Assembly: GCA_035559535.1 (NCBI GenBank)
Contig: DATMBG010000058.1
Coordinates: 62,001 to 126,000, forward strand
DNA length: 64,000 nt
Source of the DNA: Candidatus Limnocylindrales bacterium
GTDB taxonomy: Bacteria > Moduliflexota > Moduliflexia > Moduliflexales > JAUQPW01
Direction: 5' to 3'
Shown here: positions 49,493 to 59,884 of the stretch, piece after piece
How the letters are laid out: every line of letters begins with the position of its first letter
Numbering within the stretch: the stretch's first letter is position 1
Program-made: the position numbers and the translations under genes
The notes under the pieces: generated by a model
What the model was told of the DNA's origin: nothing
Seen by the model: the letters and a program-made list of their open reading frames with translations, nothing else
Database searches by the model: none

Positions 49493-49965
49493 AAAATTAC
49501 CCTGAGTGGATAGGAGAGGTTGTATCTGCCAATAGGTTTCGATGCCCTCTTGGCGGATATAACCGGTCCTACCGGAGTTCTTTTTCTTAAGTCTCTAAGG
49601 GAAAGAAAAAGTCTTGAAGAAAGGGACAAAATCAACCCGCCTGAAATCCAAAAGATCTCATCCAAAATGAGAGGTTATTAAATCTCCTTCAGGAGACAAA
49701 ATCTATCTACCCCAGCAAGAATAAAAAAAGATAAATCTCTTCTTTCGATTCCCTTCCCTTATTAAATCTAACCTTTTTAATAAAATTCCTTGACAAGTCA
49801 TAATTTAGTCATAAAGTCATAGTGATAAAGATGAGAACATTTGGAATGCGTCAAATGTGGAGAATTATAAAAACAACTGTCTTTTATCTTGGGAATAGGG
49901 TAAGCCATTTTACAATTGCTAAAAACTCTAATTATAGCTGATCAAATCACAGGAGAGAGGTTGTT

Positions 49966-51495
49966 ATGAAAGTCTCGCTTTATGTTCCACCGGGTGGATA
50001 CTTTGCAGAGAGGTGGTCTCAAGGCCATATGATGCCGGCTCTTGGAATTCTCTATATGGCAGCAGTTCTGGAGAAAAATGGAATCGATGTCGAAGTGGTA
50101 CCCAGTCATGTTTTAAAGCTTTCCTGGAGAGATATTTATCGCCGAATTGAAACGGATAAACCGGATGTGGTAGGTATTACGACGACCACAGAAAACAGAT
50201 TTTTAGGCTTTAAGCTGGCCAAAGTGGCCAAGAGGGCTTATCCAGAAACCTTTGTAGTGATGGGAGGTCCCCATTTTAATGGGACGGCCCATGATACCCT
50301 TCTCCATCTTCCCTTTGTCGACGGTGTGGTGTCCGGTGAAGGAGAGATGACGCTTCTGGAGTTGGTTAAAGCCCTGGAACAGAAAGGTGACCTGAAGGAT
50401 ATTCAGGGACTTTCCTTCCGAAAGGACGGCCATATCCTTCACAACCCCAAGCGGGTTCTCGTCCCCGACCTTAATGAATTACCCTTACCGGCCCGACATC
50501 TGGAACCTTGGAAGGCTTATAACTTTACCATGGACATCCCGGGTAAGGGCCCCGTACCTGCCGGGAATATGATGACCAGTCGGGGCTGTCCGTTTACCTG
50601 TACCTTCTGCGCAACCCCTACCAATTGGGGCCGGAAAGTGCGCGGGTTGACCCCTGAAAACGTGGTGAAGGAAGTCGAACATCTCATGGAACATTATGAA
50701 GCCCAGGCCATCTGGTTCTACGACGATACCTTTAATTACAATCCCAAACGCCTGGAGAAAATTTGTGATTTGATGATTGAGCGAAAATTAAATGTAAAGT
50801 GGTATTGCGAGATCCGGGTTGATGTCATGAGCAAACGACTCCTGGCAAAAATGGCAGAAGCCGGACTTTACTACGTAGGATTCGGCATTGAATCGGCTTC
50901 GGAGCGGGTTTCCAGGGATATTGTAACTAAACAGGCCACTTTACAAGAGGCCTACGACGTGATCCGATGGTCCTTAGAGTTTGGAATAATTCCCAACCCA
51001 TTCTTTATCTTTAGCCATCCTACCGAAACCTGGGAAGAAGCCCAGGAAACCATCCGGGTCATCGAAGAGACCCGAGCCATGGGATGCGATGTCAGTGCTT
51101 CTATTACCCATATTTATCCCGGTACGCCCCTGGAGCAAAGAGCGAAGGCAGAAGGAAAGCTTCCCAAAGATTTCTCCTGGACCAAGAAAAATGACCGGCG
51201 GGTCATCCTTCTGACCGCAGCCCAGGGACACGCGCCTTTGTATATCGATAAGTTAACCTGGAGTCAAATCTGCGAACTCATCTTTCGATTCTCCAATGTC
51301 CACAGAAAAATATCCCTGTATCGGAAGATTCCCATCGTATTGAAAAGTATACGCTCTTGGGGAGATGTGTATCGTTACTCGGTAATGGCCTTTGTCTTCG
51401 CCAGGCTAAAACTTCGAAGGTTGTTCGATCGAAACAAGCAACAATCCCCGCCTCCTCTTAAAATGGAGAGCGCTATGCCGAGCTCACAGGGCTGA
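49966..51495 (+). CDS. Cobalamin-binding radical SAM protein
   Basis: B12-binding N-terminus (LGILYMAAVL, MGGPH, GEGE); SRGCPFTCTFC (CxxxCxxC); DDTF; GIES. Confidence 0.92.
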   Translation: MKVSLYVPPGGYFAERWSQGHMMPALGILYMAAVLEKNGIDVEVVPSHVLKLSWRDIYRRIETDKPDVVGITTTTENRFLGFKLAKVAKRAYPETFVVMGGPHFNGTAHDTLLHLPFVDGVVSGEGEMTLLELVKALEQKGDLKDIQGLSFRKDGHILHNPKRVLVPDLNELPLPARHLEPWKAYNFTMDIPGKGPVPAGNMMTSRGCPFTCTFCATPTNWGRKVRGLTPENVVKEVEHLMEHYEAQAIWFYDDTFNYNPKRLEKICDLMIERKLNVKWYCEIRVDVMSKRLLAKMAEAGLYYVGFGIESASERVSRDIVTKQATLQEAYDVIRWSLEFGIIPNPFFIFSHPTETWEEAQETIRVIEETRAMGCDVSASITHIYPGTPLEQRAKAEGKLPKDFSWTKKNDRRVILLTAAQGHAPLYIDKLTWSQICELIFRFSNVHRKISLYRKIPIVLKSIRSWGDVYRYSVMAFVFARLKLRRLFDRNKQQSPPPLKMESAMPSSQG

Positions 51496-51573
51496 CCCTG
51501 ATCGGTTCGTTGTCTGTTGCCCATCGTCCATGGCAAATGAAACAGACAACAGACAACGAACCCCAAACCCCAC

Positions 51574-52311
51574 GTGGATAAGCCTCAAACCAAATTTCAA
51601 TCCTCTCTCACGGATATCCGAAAATCCGCAATCCAGAAATACCGGAATACCGTGGTCGGGAAAGAAGATGTTTTTTCTCTGATCCGATATGAATTGATCA
51701 CCTCCCTCCTCGGTGGCTTGCCGGGAGCCGTGGGTTTTCTCCTCCGCCAGATTTTTTATCGCTCTCTGTTTGCCCAGGTAGGTCACGGGGTGGTGTTTGG
51801 TCGCTATCTAACCTTGCGACATCCCCACAAAATAAAAATCGGTCATAATGTTATCATCGATGACTACTGCCTGCTAGATGCCAAGGGGTGCAAAGAGGGG
51901 GATTTTATTCTGGGAAACAACGTATTGATCAGCCGAAATTGCATTTTAAGCTGTAAGGAAGGCTTTCTGAGGGTTGGAGATAACACCAATTTTGGAGCTA
52001 ACTGTAGCCTCTACTCTGTGAGTCGTATCGATATTGGATCGGATGTATTATTCGCGGCGAATTGTTATATAGGAGGTTCCATGTATTATTTCCATCGAAC
52101 TGATATGCCACCCATTCAGCAAGGTTCTTACTCAAAAGGTGGCGTAGTTATTGGCGATGGGTGCTGGCTGGGAGCCGATGTCAAAGTCCTAGATGGCGTT
52201 AAAATAGGACCCGGTACCATTGTGGGTGCCGGAGCAGTGGTTCTGGAGGACGTAGAATCTTTTTCCATTGTAGCCGGTGTCCCTGCAAAACTTATCCGAA
52301 AACGAATCTAA
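51574..52311 (+). CDS. Hexapeptide-repeat acyltransferase
   Basis: Left-handed beta-helix repeats; IGDGCWLG, VGAGAVV, AGVPAK. Confidence 0.9.
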   Translation: MDKPQTKFQSSLTDIRKSAIQKYRNTVVGKEDVFSLIRYELITSLLGGLPGAVGFLLRQIFYRSLFAQVGHGVVFGRYLTLRHPHKIKIGHNVIIDDYCLLDAKGCKEGDFILGNNVLISRNCILSCKEGFLRVGDNTNFGANCSLYSVSRIDIGSDVLFAANCYIGGSMYYFHRTDMPPIQQGSYSKGGVVIGDGCWLGADVKVLDGVKIGPGTIVGAGAVVLEDVESFSIVAGVPAKLIRKRI

Positions 52312-52457
52312 GAATAGTCCGGTAAGCAGGGAACCCAAGGACTCTTTCCTGACCGATAAATCCGGTCATTAAACCTGTCGGAAAATTTAACTTTTTCCGT
52401 TCTTCCAATATAAGATATTTTGTAAGAAATTAGTCTAAAGAGGGTCTCTTCTAACCC

Positions 52458-52811
52458 ATGGATCGATTCGTTAAAGCTGTTGAAGAATTTAACACCGGGC
52501 ATTACTTCGAGTGCCATGATACGTTGGAAGAAATATGGATGGAAGCCATCCAGGATCGGTTTTTCTACCAGGGACTTATCCATCTGGCCGTGGGTTTTTA
52601 TCATCTGCTCAATGAAAATTATGCCGGGGCCGAAAGTCAACTGTCCAAAGGACTCCTCAAGCTGGAGGGTTTTAGACCGGTCTATCAGGGTATTGAGCTC
52701 TCTCAGCTCTTGAATAAGGTCCAAATCTGCCTGTCCCAGGTTCAAGCTCTCAAAGCAAAAACCCTGGACCGGTTTGATCTCTCCTTGATTCCTAAGATCG
52801 AGTGGGTTTGA
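52458..52811 (+). CDS. DUF309 domain protein
   Basis: FNTGHYFECHDTLEEIW and YQGLIHLAVGFYH. Confidence 0.88.
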   Translation: MDRFVKAVEEFNTGHYFECHDTLEEIWMEAIQDRFFYQGLIHLAVGFYHLLNENYAGAESQLSKGLLKLEGFRPVYQGIELSQLLNKVQICLSQVQALKAKTLDRFDLSLIPKIEWV

Positions 52812-52827
52812 AATCTGAAGGTCAGGT

Positions 52828-54999
52828 ATGGGTCAATCCAATTGGATAATGGGAATCGATGTGGGGGGAACTTTCACCGATTTAATGGTTTGGAACCCAG
52901 AGTCAAGAAAAATAGTCATGGTGAAAGTTCCGACTACTCCGGAAAATCAGGGGATTGGGCTGATAAAGGCCCTGGAGAAGAGCCAGGTTCCTTTAACCGA
53001 AATAAGCCGAATTGTTCACGGCACGACCGTCGCCACCAATACACTTATTCAGCGAAATGGTTCTGCCTGTGGCCTGATTACCACAAAAGGATTTCGAGAT
53101 ATTTTAGAACTCCGGCGTGGAGAACGTCCGCACCAGTATGGACTCAAAGGGGATTTTGAGCCTTTAATCCCACGGGAATGGAGATTAGAGGTCGAAGAGC
53201 GAACCACGGCTGAAGGGGAGATCCTTAAAGAGGTTGAAGAGGAGCAGATTCTTAAAGCGGGAAAATTTCTTCAGGAAGCGGGGGTTGAGGCGGTGGTCAT
53301 CAGCTTTCTCCATTCTTACCTTAATCCTGCCAATGAAGAAAAAGCCAGGCAGATTCTCAAGACTTTCTGGCCTAACGAGTATATCCTGACTTCTTCAGAA
53401 ATTTTATCCTTGCCCGGAGAGTTCGAACGTACTTCCACCGCTGTTATCCATGCCTATGTACAGCCCCTTATCCATCGGTATCTGGAAGGAATAGAAAAGG
53501 AGCTCGAAACCCACCTCTCCTCGCTTCCTCCCCAACAAAACTCCGACCAGACCCCGGCTCAACTCAAAACCGTCGAATCTCAGAGGTCTTTTCAAGGACA
53601 GATGGTTTTGATGAACTCCTATGGAGGGGTGATGTCTCTTTCAGAAGCCAGAAGGTTCCCGGCCAGTACCATCCTTTCAGGTCCGGCGGGAGGGGTCATC
53701 GCCGCCTGTCATTTGGCCCGACAAACCGGCTATCGGAATCTCCTGTCTTGCGACATGGGTGGAACGAGTTGTGATGTTTCGGTCATCGTGGAAGGAATTC
53801 CTACCTTAATTGATGGGAAAGACCTGGATTTCGGACTTCCCTTACGGCTTCCCATGTTGGATATCACAACGATCGGAGCGGGGGGTGGAAGTATTGCCTG
53901 GATAGATCAGAACGGCTATCTAAGAGTTGGACCCCAAAGCGCCGGAGCTAAACCGGGTCCGGCTTGCTACGGGCGTCGAGGAGTCAAACCGACAGTAACA
54001 GATGCCAATTTGATCCTGGGCAGAATGAATCCCCAATCCCCCATTTTAAAATCCGGCGGTGTCCTTCTTAATCTTCAGTTGGCAAAGGAGGCTGTGAAGA
54101 ATCAGGTGGCAGCAAGTTTGGGGATGAGTGTGGAAGAAGCAGCTTTTGCTATTCTTGAAGTTGTCAATCAAAATATGGCAGGTCTTTTGAGAACCTTAAC
54201 TATTTCCCGAGGCTATAGTCCCAGGGATTTTACCCTGGTTGCTTTTGGAGGTGCCGGACCCCTCCATGCGGCCTTTCTGGCCCAGGAAGTAGGAATTCCC
54301 AGGGTTATTATCCCCCCTTACTCGGGAGCCTTCTCGGCCTACGGATGTATGATGGCAGAAGATAAATACATCTTTGAGCAAGCCCTCCACGGTCCGCTTA
54401 ATGCGAAAACCCTGGAGAAATTATCCTCCCTCTTCTTCACCCACCAGAATCTGGCCAGAGAAAAACTGAAACGTGAGGATATCTCTTCGGATCATGGGGA
54501 TATCCTCTGTGAGGTCGAGATGGGTTACCAGGGTCAATCCCATGGAATTTGGATTTCTCATTGGGATCCCCACATGCAGGAGGAAGAATTACGGCGTCGC
54601 TTCGAAGAAATATACCGAAAATACGTTGGGGAATGGACTCCTGAATTTCCCATAGAAATTAAACGATTCCGAACCATCCTTACCTGTCCCCGCCTGGAAA
54701 AGAATGGAGAGATAAAGCCCTGGGGGAATGAAACCCTGGCAGAAACAATCCCTTACCTCTGTATTTCTTCACCCTCCAATTCTCCCACCCCAGGTACTCG
54801 CCCGGTTTACTTTCATGACCATTTTATCGATACCCCTGTCTATGAACGTTCTTGCTTACCATCTGGAACTATCCTTCAGGGTCCTGTTCTGATCGAACAG
54901 GAAGATTCTACCACTGTGGTTCCTCCTCAAGTAAGGGTAGAGATAGATTCCTATGGGAATCTCCTCCTCACCCTGGAGGGAAGTCGCGGGATACTGTAA
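52828..54999 (+). CDS. Hydantoinase A/oxoprolinase family protein
   Basis: Motifs GIDVGGTFTD, HGTTVATN, SGPAGG, DMGGTS, GAGGGS, PTVTDAN, FGGAGPLH. Confidence 0.93.
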   Translation: MGQSNWIMGIDVGGTFTDLMVWNPESRKIVMVKVPTTPENQGIGLIKALEKSQVPLTEISRIVHGTTVATNTLIQRNGSACGLITTKGFRDILELRRGERPHQYGLKGDFEPLIPREWRLEVEERTTAEGEILKEVEEEQILKAGKFLQEAGVEAVVISFLHSYLNPANEEKARQILKTFWPNEYILTSSEILSLPGEFERTSTAVIHAYVQPLIHRYLEGIEKELETHLSSLPPQQNSDQTPAQLKTVESQRSFQGQMVLMNSYGGVMSLSEARRFPASTILSGPAGGVIAACHLARQTGYRNLLSCDMGGTSCDVSVIVEGIPTLIDGKDLDFGLPLRLPMLDITTIGAGGGSIAWIDQNGYLRVGPQSAGAKPGPACYGRRGVKPTVTDANLILGRMNPQSPILKSGGVLLNLQLAKEAVKNQVAASLGMSVEEAAFAILEVVNQNMAGLLRTLTISRGYSPRDFTLVAFGGAGPLHAAFLAQEVGIPRVIIPPYSGAFSAYGCMMAEDKYIFEQALHGPLNAKTLEKLSSLFFTHQNLAREKLKREDISSDHGDILCEVEMGYQGQSHGIWISHWDPHMQEEELRRRFEEIYRKYVGEWTPEFPIEIKRFRTILTCPRLEKNGEIKPWGNETLAETIPYLCISSPSNSPTPGTRPVYFHDHFIDTPVYERSCLPSGTILQGPVLIEQEDSTTVVPPQVRVEIDSYGNLLLTLEGSRGIL

Positions 55000-55033
55000 A
55001 AATTGGTAAAAACAAAAAGGAAAAAAGAATTTG

Positions 55034-55062
55034 TTGACAGAACTATTCGGTTTGGATATCTT
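55034..55062 (+). promoter_or_regulatory. Sigma70-type promoter for the KaiC-like operon
   Basis: TTGACA-17 bp-TATCTT; same pattern as the purC promoter. Confidence 0.55.
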
Positions 55063-55252
55063 TAGGTATCTTTGTGACCAGGATTTGGCGAAACCGCTAA
55101 AAATTTGATGGAAGGTGGAAGGGTCGCTGCAAAGGGGGAAAAACTACCTGAAAGGATAAAGGACCGGGTTACCAGGTGGCTTAAGGGGTAGAGTTATGCC
55201 AGTTTCTCCATAGGATGTGAAGGGGGAAAGAAGCAACGGAAGAGGAGGGCAT

Positions 55253-55684
55253 ATGAGACAGGGCTCATCGGGAGCCAAGGAAATGGCACAGCGGCTCCTT
55301 ACTTACGAAGCCGGGGGGCTTCAAGGCTCTGAAGATCTGGCAAAGGCTGCAGATCATGCCTGTCAGAAGTTATATCACCAGATGGTTAGACTCGTTGGCT
55401 TGGCAGGGTTTCAAGCACTTCTCATGCGTTCCTTAAACTTGGCAAAGACGGAATTTCCCTTCTTACGGCGAGTTGAAAGTGAACCCCAAGCAGGGGAATG
55501 TTTAAAAGGGATACTTGAAGCGGTACAGGACCGGGATCCTGTTCTGGTGGGTGAGGGCCTGGTGGCCGTGTTAGCTAATTTTATTGGATTATTGATCACG
55601 TTTATCGGTAAGGATCTGGCCCTACGCTTGATACGTAAGACATGGCCGGAAGTTACCCTGGATGATGTGAGTTCCGGCTTATAG
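55253..55684 (+). CDS. Small helical hypothetical protein preceding the KaiC-like ATPase
   Basis: GAGGAG RBS before ATG 55253; 12 bp from the ATPase gene; motifs LVGLAGFQALL and LITFIG..LALRLI. Confidence 0.65.
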   Translation: MRQGSSGAKEMAQRLLTYEAGGLQGSEDLAKAADHACQKLYHQMVRLVGLAGFQALLMRSLNLAKTEFPFLRRVESEPQAGECLKGILEAVQDRDPVLVGEGLVAVLANFIGLLITFIGKDLALRLIRKTWPEVTLDDVSSGL

Positions 55685-55696
55685 GGGTGGTAAGGC

Positions 55697-57379
55697 ATGA
55701 CTGAAAGGCAAAAGGTGATTATACGTACGTTACCCACAGGGGTACCGGGACTTGACCAGGTATTAGGGGGAGGTCTTCCAGAGTACTCCTTCAATCTCAT
55801 TGCCGGCGGGCCGGGAACGGGAAAAACGACTCTCGCTCATCAGATTATGTTTGCCAATACCTCTCCAGATCGACCCGCCCTTTACTTCACGGTACTGGGT
55901 GAGCCACCTATTAAAATGTTGCGTTATCAGCAACAGTTTAACTTCTTCGACTTAAATAAAGTAGATTCCAGTATCCACTTTATTAATTTAAGTCAGGAAG
56001 TATTGGATAAAGATCTGAGTAAGGTGCTGGAAAGTATCGTACGGGAGGTTGAAAAGATCGGTCCCAGTATTGTTGTGGTGGACTCCTTTCGTACAGTGGT
56101 CCAGGCCGTAAAGGGGGTCAGGACCGGTGAGACCGAATTACAAAACTTCATTCAGCGCCTGGCTTTATATCTTACTACTTGGCAAGCTACGACGTTTCTG
56201 GTAGGAGAGTATCCAGATGAAGAAATCCGCCAAAGTCCCGTATTCACCGTAGCCGACGGTATTCTTTGGCTCTTTCAAAGTGTAGAGTGTAACTCCACAA
56301 TCCGTAAACTTCAGGTAATAAAAATGCGGGGGCAGGCCCCTTTGTTAGGCATGCATACCTTCCGCATTACCCAGAATGGCTTAAAAGTCTTTCCACGCAT
56401 GGTGAAGCCGATTAAGGAAGAAAAAAGACCCATCCCATCGGAACGGATTTCCACAGGGGTACCGGGGTTGGATGAGATGATGAACGGAGGAATTCCACTA
56501 GGAGATTCTGTCATCCTGGCAGGACCTTCAGGTTCGGGTAAAACGGTGCTGGCCACTCAGTTTATCCATGAAGGACTCCGGCAAGGAGAGCCAGGCGTCG
56601 TTGTTCTCTTTGAAGAACGCCCTCAGAGGTATCTGGAACGGGCTAAAGCGTTTGGCTTTGACCTGGCCGAGATGATTCGTCAAGATCGCCTGAGAATTCT
56701 GTATTTGCGTCAAATAGACCTTTTACCGGATGAAGCCCTTCAAAAGATCCAAAAAGCGGTCGAGCAAATAGCCGCCAGGCGCGTCGTCATAAACTCCCTA
56801 TCCGGCTTCGAGGTAGCCCTGGCACCTACTTTCCGTAAGGAGTTCCAGGAATCCTTATACCGGATGGTAGAGGCCCTCACCGAGGATGGGGTTACCGTGC
56901 TGATGACCCTTGAAAGGGATGGCATTTATAATGAGTTACGGCTCAATCCCTATGTAATCTCTTTTTTAACCGACGATATAATCTTACAGCGTTATATTGA
57001 AATGGACGGTCAACTTAAAAAGGTTATCACGGTTGTGAAGATGCGAAACAGTCCCCATAGTAAAGACCTTAGGGTCTATGAAATCACCTCCCAGGGCCTG
57101 GTAGTAGGCGAGATCCTCAAAGGGTACCAGGGGATTATTTCCGGTATCTCTCAACCCCAGGAAATCTTAAAGCAGTTTCCTTATCCGGGTCTGATAGATC
57201 AGGAAATGAGGGTATTACAGACGCTCCTGAAGCTAGGGGAAACCTCGGCTACTATGTTGGCTCAACGGACTGCCTTGGACCCTCCAGATCTGGCCCGCGC
57301 CCTGGATAGACTTCTAACGCTTCGATATGCTGTGAAGGTAGAAGAAGGAGATCGAATTCTCTATCGTCCCCTTGTGTAA
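55697..57379 (+). CDS. KaiC/RAD55-like double RecA-fold ATPase with C-terminal HTH-like extension
   Basis: Two domains: TGVPGLD..GG with Walker A GGPGTGKT and GPSGSGKT; KMRG/KMRN. About 50 extra helical residues at the C-terminus. Confidence 0.9.
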   Translation: MTERQKVIIRTLPTGVPGLDQVLGGGLPEYSFNLIAGGPGTGKTTLAHQIMFANTSPDRPALYFTVLGEPPIKMLRYQQQFNFFDLNKVDSSIHFINLSQEVLDKDLSKVLESIVREVEKIGPSIVVVDSFRTVVQAVKGVRTGETELQNFIQRLALYLTTWQATTFLVGEYPDEEIRQSPVFTVADGILWLFQSVECNSTIRKLQVIKMRGQAPLLGMHTFRITQNGLKVFPRMVKPIKEEKRPIPSERISTGVPGLDEMMNGGIPLGDSVILAGPSGSGKTVLATQFIHEGLRQGEPGVVVLFEERPQRYLERAKAFGFDLAEMIRQDRLRILYLRQIDLLPDEALQKIQKAVEQIAARRVVINSLSGFEVALAPTFRKEFQESLYRMVEALTEDGVTVLMTLERDGIYNELRLNPYVISFLTDDIILQRYIEMDGQLKKVITVVKMRNSPHSKDLRVYEITSQGLVVGEILKGYQGIISGISQPQEILKQFPYPGLIDQEMRVLQTLLKLGETSATMLAQRTALDPPDLARALDRLLTLRYAVKVEEGDRILYRPLV

Positions 57380-57394
57380 AAAATAAGCTACGGC

Positions 57395-59638
57395 TTGGTA
57401 AGCAGCAAACAGATTATGGAGAAGAATAAACATACTGCCGAAAAGGGAAGCTATTTACCCAATGTGGAAAGTTCGACCTTGGAGGGATCTTTTAGCTTGA
57501 CCGAAAAGATAGCTTCCTGCCGTCTTATACTGGAGGATTCCCCCCTGGCCATAATTATTGTTCAAGGGGAAACCCATAGGGTTAGTTATGTCAATTTAGC
57601 CTTCTGTCGTTTATCTGGTAAAAACAAGGAAGATTTAGTAGGACGTCCCCTGGCTGAAGCCTTCCCGGAATCTTTGTCCCGGGATTCCTTAACCCTTCTC
57701 GATCAGGTTTATCATACCGGCGAAGCGGCCTTTCTTATAAACCGAGCCCATATCCATCCCCAGCGAGGAACTATTTACTGGACTTACACCGTCTGGCCTA
57801 TCCGAAATGCTCAAGGGGATCCTGAAGGACTTATCATACAGATCAATGATACAACCGAACAGGTTCTGGCCCATGAGCACGCGGAGCAGATTACTTCAGA
57901 GATTCGTGAGATTAACGAACGGCTACTGATAACCAGTGTGCGGGAACAAACTGCACGGACTGAACTGGAGTTGGCACAAAAACGCCTTACCTTTCTTACG
58001 GAAGCAAGTACTCAACTTGTGACCTCCCTGGATTATGAAAATAGCCTGGAGAAGTTGGCCCATCTGCCCGTTCCTTACCTCTGTGATTTTTGCCTTATCG
58101 ATATAATCACAGAGGACCAGGTCCTTCACCGATCAGCCATAGCCCATGTAAATCCATCGAAACTCCCTTTGCTCCAGGAACTTCAGAAATCCTATGTTCC
58201 CCATCTAGGTAAAGAACATCCCATTGTAAATGTCCTGCGAACCGGCCGATCTGAAATTTATCCGGAGATAACCGATGAGCTCCTTGCAACGAAATATGCC
58301 TTAGACGCGAAACATCTGAGTATACTTCAAAAATTAGAGATCAAGTCCTCTATGCATATACCTTTAAGGGCTCGTGGGCGGACCCTGGGGGTTATAACCT
58401 TCGTATCAGCAGACTCTGGTCGTCATTACGATCTTACGGATTTGGCCTTGGCCGAGGATTTTACCCAAAGAGCTGCCATCATTATTGATAATGCCCGGTT
58501 GCTTCATGAAGTCCAAGAGGTTAATCGGCGTAAGGATGAATTTCTGGCTATGCTGGCCCATGAACTGCGTAATCCCCTGGCCCCTATCCTTAATTCCCTT
58601 GAGATCATACGTTTACGCCAGATCGACGATCCGATCCTCAAGCGATCCCTGGACATATTAGAGCGGCAAGCCCAATATATAGTCCGTCTTCTGGATGATT
58701 TATCGGATGTTTCACGAATCACGCAGGGTAAAATTCAGTTAAACAAAGAGCCTCTGGATCTGGCAACCATTGTAGTTGGTGCCGTAGAGACCAGCCGCCC
58801 TCTTATCGAAGCCCGCAAACATGAGCTGCTTATTTCTCTGCCCAAAGAGCCCTTAAAGCTAGAAGCCGATCCGGTTCGATTGAGGCAAATTTTGATCAAT
58901 CTCTTGAACAACGCAGCCAAATACACCCCTCCGGGAGGTCGTATCTGGCTAATGGGTACCCGGGAGGAGAACGAAGTAGTAATCCGCATACGGGACACAG
59001 GAATGGGTATTCCCCCAGAGATGTTATCCCGCATCTTCGACCTATTTATTCAAGTCGATCAATCTCTAGATCGTACCCAAGGAGGCCTTGGAATCGGACT
59101 CACGCTGGTACGGAGTTTAGTCGAAATGCATGGCGGGAAAGTATCGGCCCATAGTCCGGGTCCGGGTCAGGGAAGCGAATTCGTGATACGCCTGCCGGCT
59201 CTACACCATCCTGAATCCCAAACTCAAAATCTAGAGCCTGTAAATTCCGAGTCGGAAACAATAAGATCGAAACGTATCCTCGTCGTCGACGACAATATGG
59301 ATGCCTCAAAATCTTTAGGCGAACTATTGGAGCTATGGGGATATGAAGTTCAGATTGTACACGATGGCTTGATGGCCCTCCAGGTAGGATTGGCCTATCA
59401 ACCGGAAATCGTAATATTAGATATCGGTCTTCCCGGAAAGGACGGTTATGAGGTGGCCCGACAACTCCGGCAGCAGATTAACTTACCTGATCTGGTATTG
59501 ATTGCTTTAACCGGATACGGTCAGGAGGAAGATAAACGTCAATCCCGAGAAGCCGGATTTGATTACCATTTTACCAAACCCGTGGATTTAGCCGCCTTGC
59601 ATAAGTTGCTTACCGGTCTGTCTAAGCCCAAATCCTAA
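57395..59638 (+). CDS. Hybrid histidine kinase (PAS-GAF-HisKA-HATPase-REC)
   Basis: [43 protein letters not shown]. Confidence 0.94.
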   Translation: MVSSKQIMEKNKHTAEKGSYLPNVESSTLEGSFSLTEKIASCRLILEDSPLAIIIVQGETHRVSYVNLAFCRLSGKNKEDLVGRPLAEAFPESLSRDSLTLLDQVYHTGEAAFLINRAHIHPQRGTIYWTYTVWPIRNAQGDPEGLIIQINDTTEQVLAHEHAEQITSEIREINERLLITSVREQTARTELELAQKRLTFLTEASTQLVTSLDYENSLEKLAHLPVPYLCDFCLIDIITEDQVLHRSAIAHVNPSKLPLLQELQKSYVPHLGKEHPIVNVLRTGRSEIYPEITDELLATKYALDAKHLSILQKLEIKSSMHIPLRARGRTLGVITFVSADSGRHYDLTDLALAEDFTQRAAIIIDNARLLHEVQEVNRRKDEFLAMLAHELRNPLAPILNSLEIIRLRQIDDPILKRSLDILERQAQYIVRLLDDLSDVSRITQGKIQLNKEPLDLATIVVGAVETSRPLIEARKHELLISLPKEPLKLEADPVRLRQILINLLNNAAKYTPPGGRIWLMGTREENEVVIRIRDTGMGIPPEMLSRIFDLFIQVDQSLDRTQGGLGIGLTLVRSLVEMHGGKVSAHSPGPGQGSEFVIRLPALHHPESQTQNLEPVNSESETIRSKRILVVDDNMDASKSLGELLELWGYEVQIVHDGLMALQVGLAYQPEIVILDIGLPGKDGYEVARQLRQQINLPDLVLIALTGYGQEEDKRQSREAGFDYHFTKPVDLAALHKLLTGLSKPKS

Positions 59639-59884
59639 AAAGACCCCCTTGGATCTATCGAGGAGGCAGGTGAGCTTTCTGAATCTAGCGGTTGCCGATA
59701 CTTTGAAGGAAACAGCAGGAGCCCATAGCCGGTTAGGGGAATTAGGAACAGAAGGGTAAAGAAGCAATACATGGCGTTTCTTAGAATTTTTTAGCCATCC
59801 ACCGGTCGTCCTCGGGGAATTTTAGCCCTTAACTTGGTACCCTTGGACCGGCTGGTATTCCTAAGGAGTAGACTTTAGGCTTTC

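Noticed and set aside
51505-51562. Small RNA or terminator in the CGTTGTCTGTT...AACAGACAACAGACAACG segment
   Set aside because: Looks like a short inverted 7-bp tandem repeat remnant with no U-tract; too little evidence to assign a function.
55134-55210. c-di-GMP-I riboswitch call
   Set aside because: Core GGCAAAC and GACGCAAAG elements are missing; kept only as a weak structured-leader finding.
55697-57379. Circadian clock (kaiABC)
   Set aside because: No kaiA or kaiB nearby, and the ST phosphosite pair is not intact.
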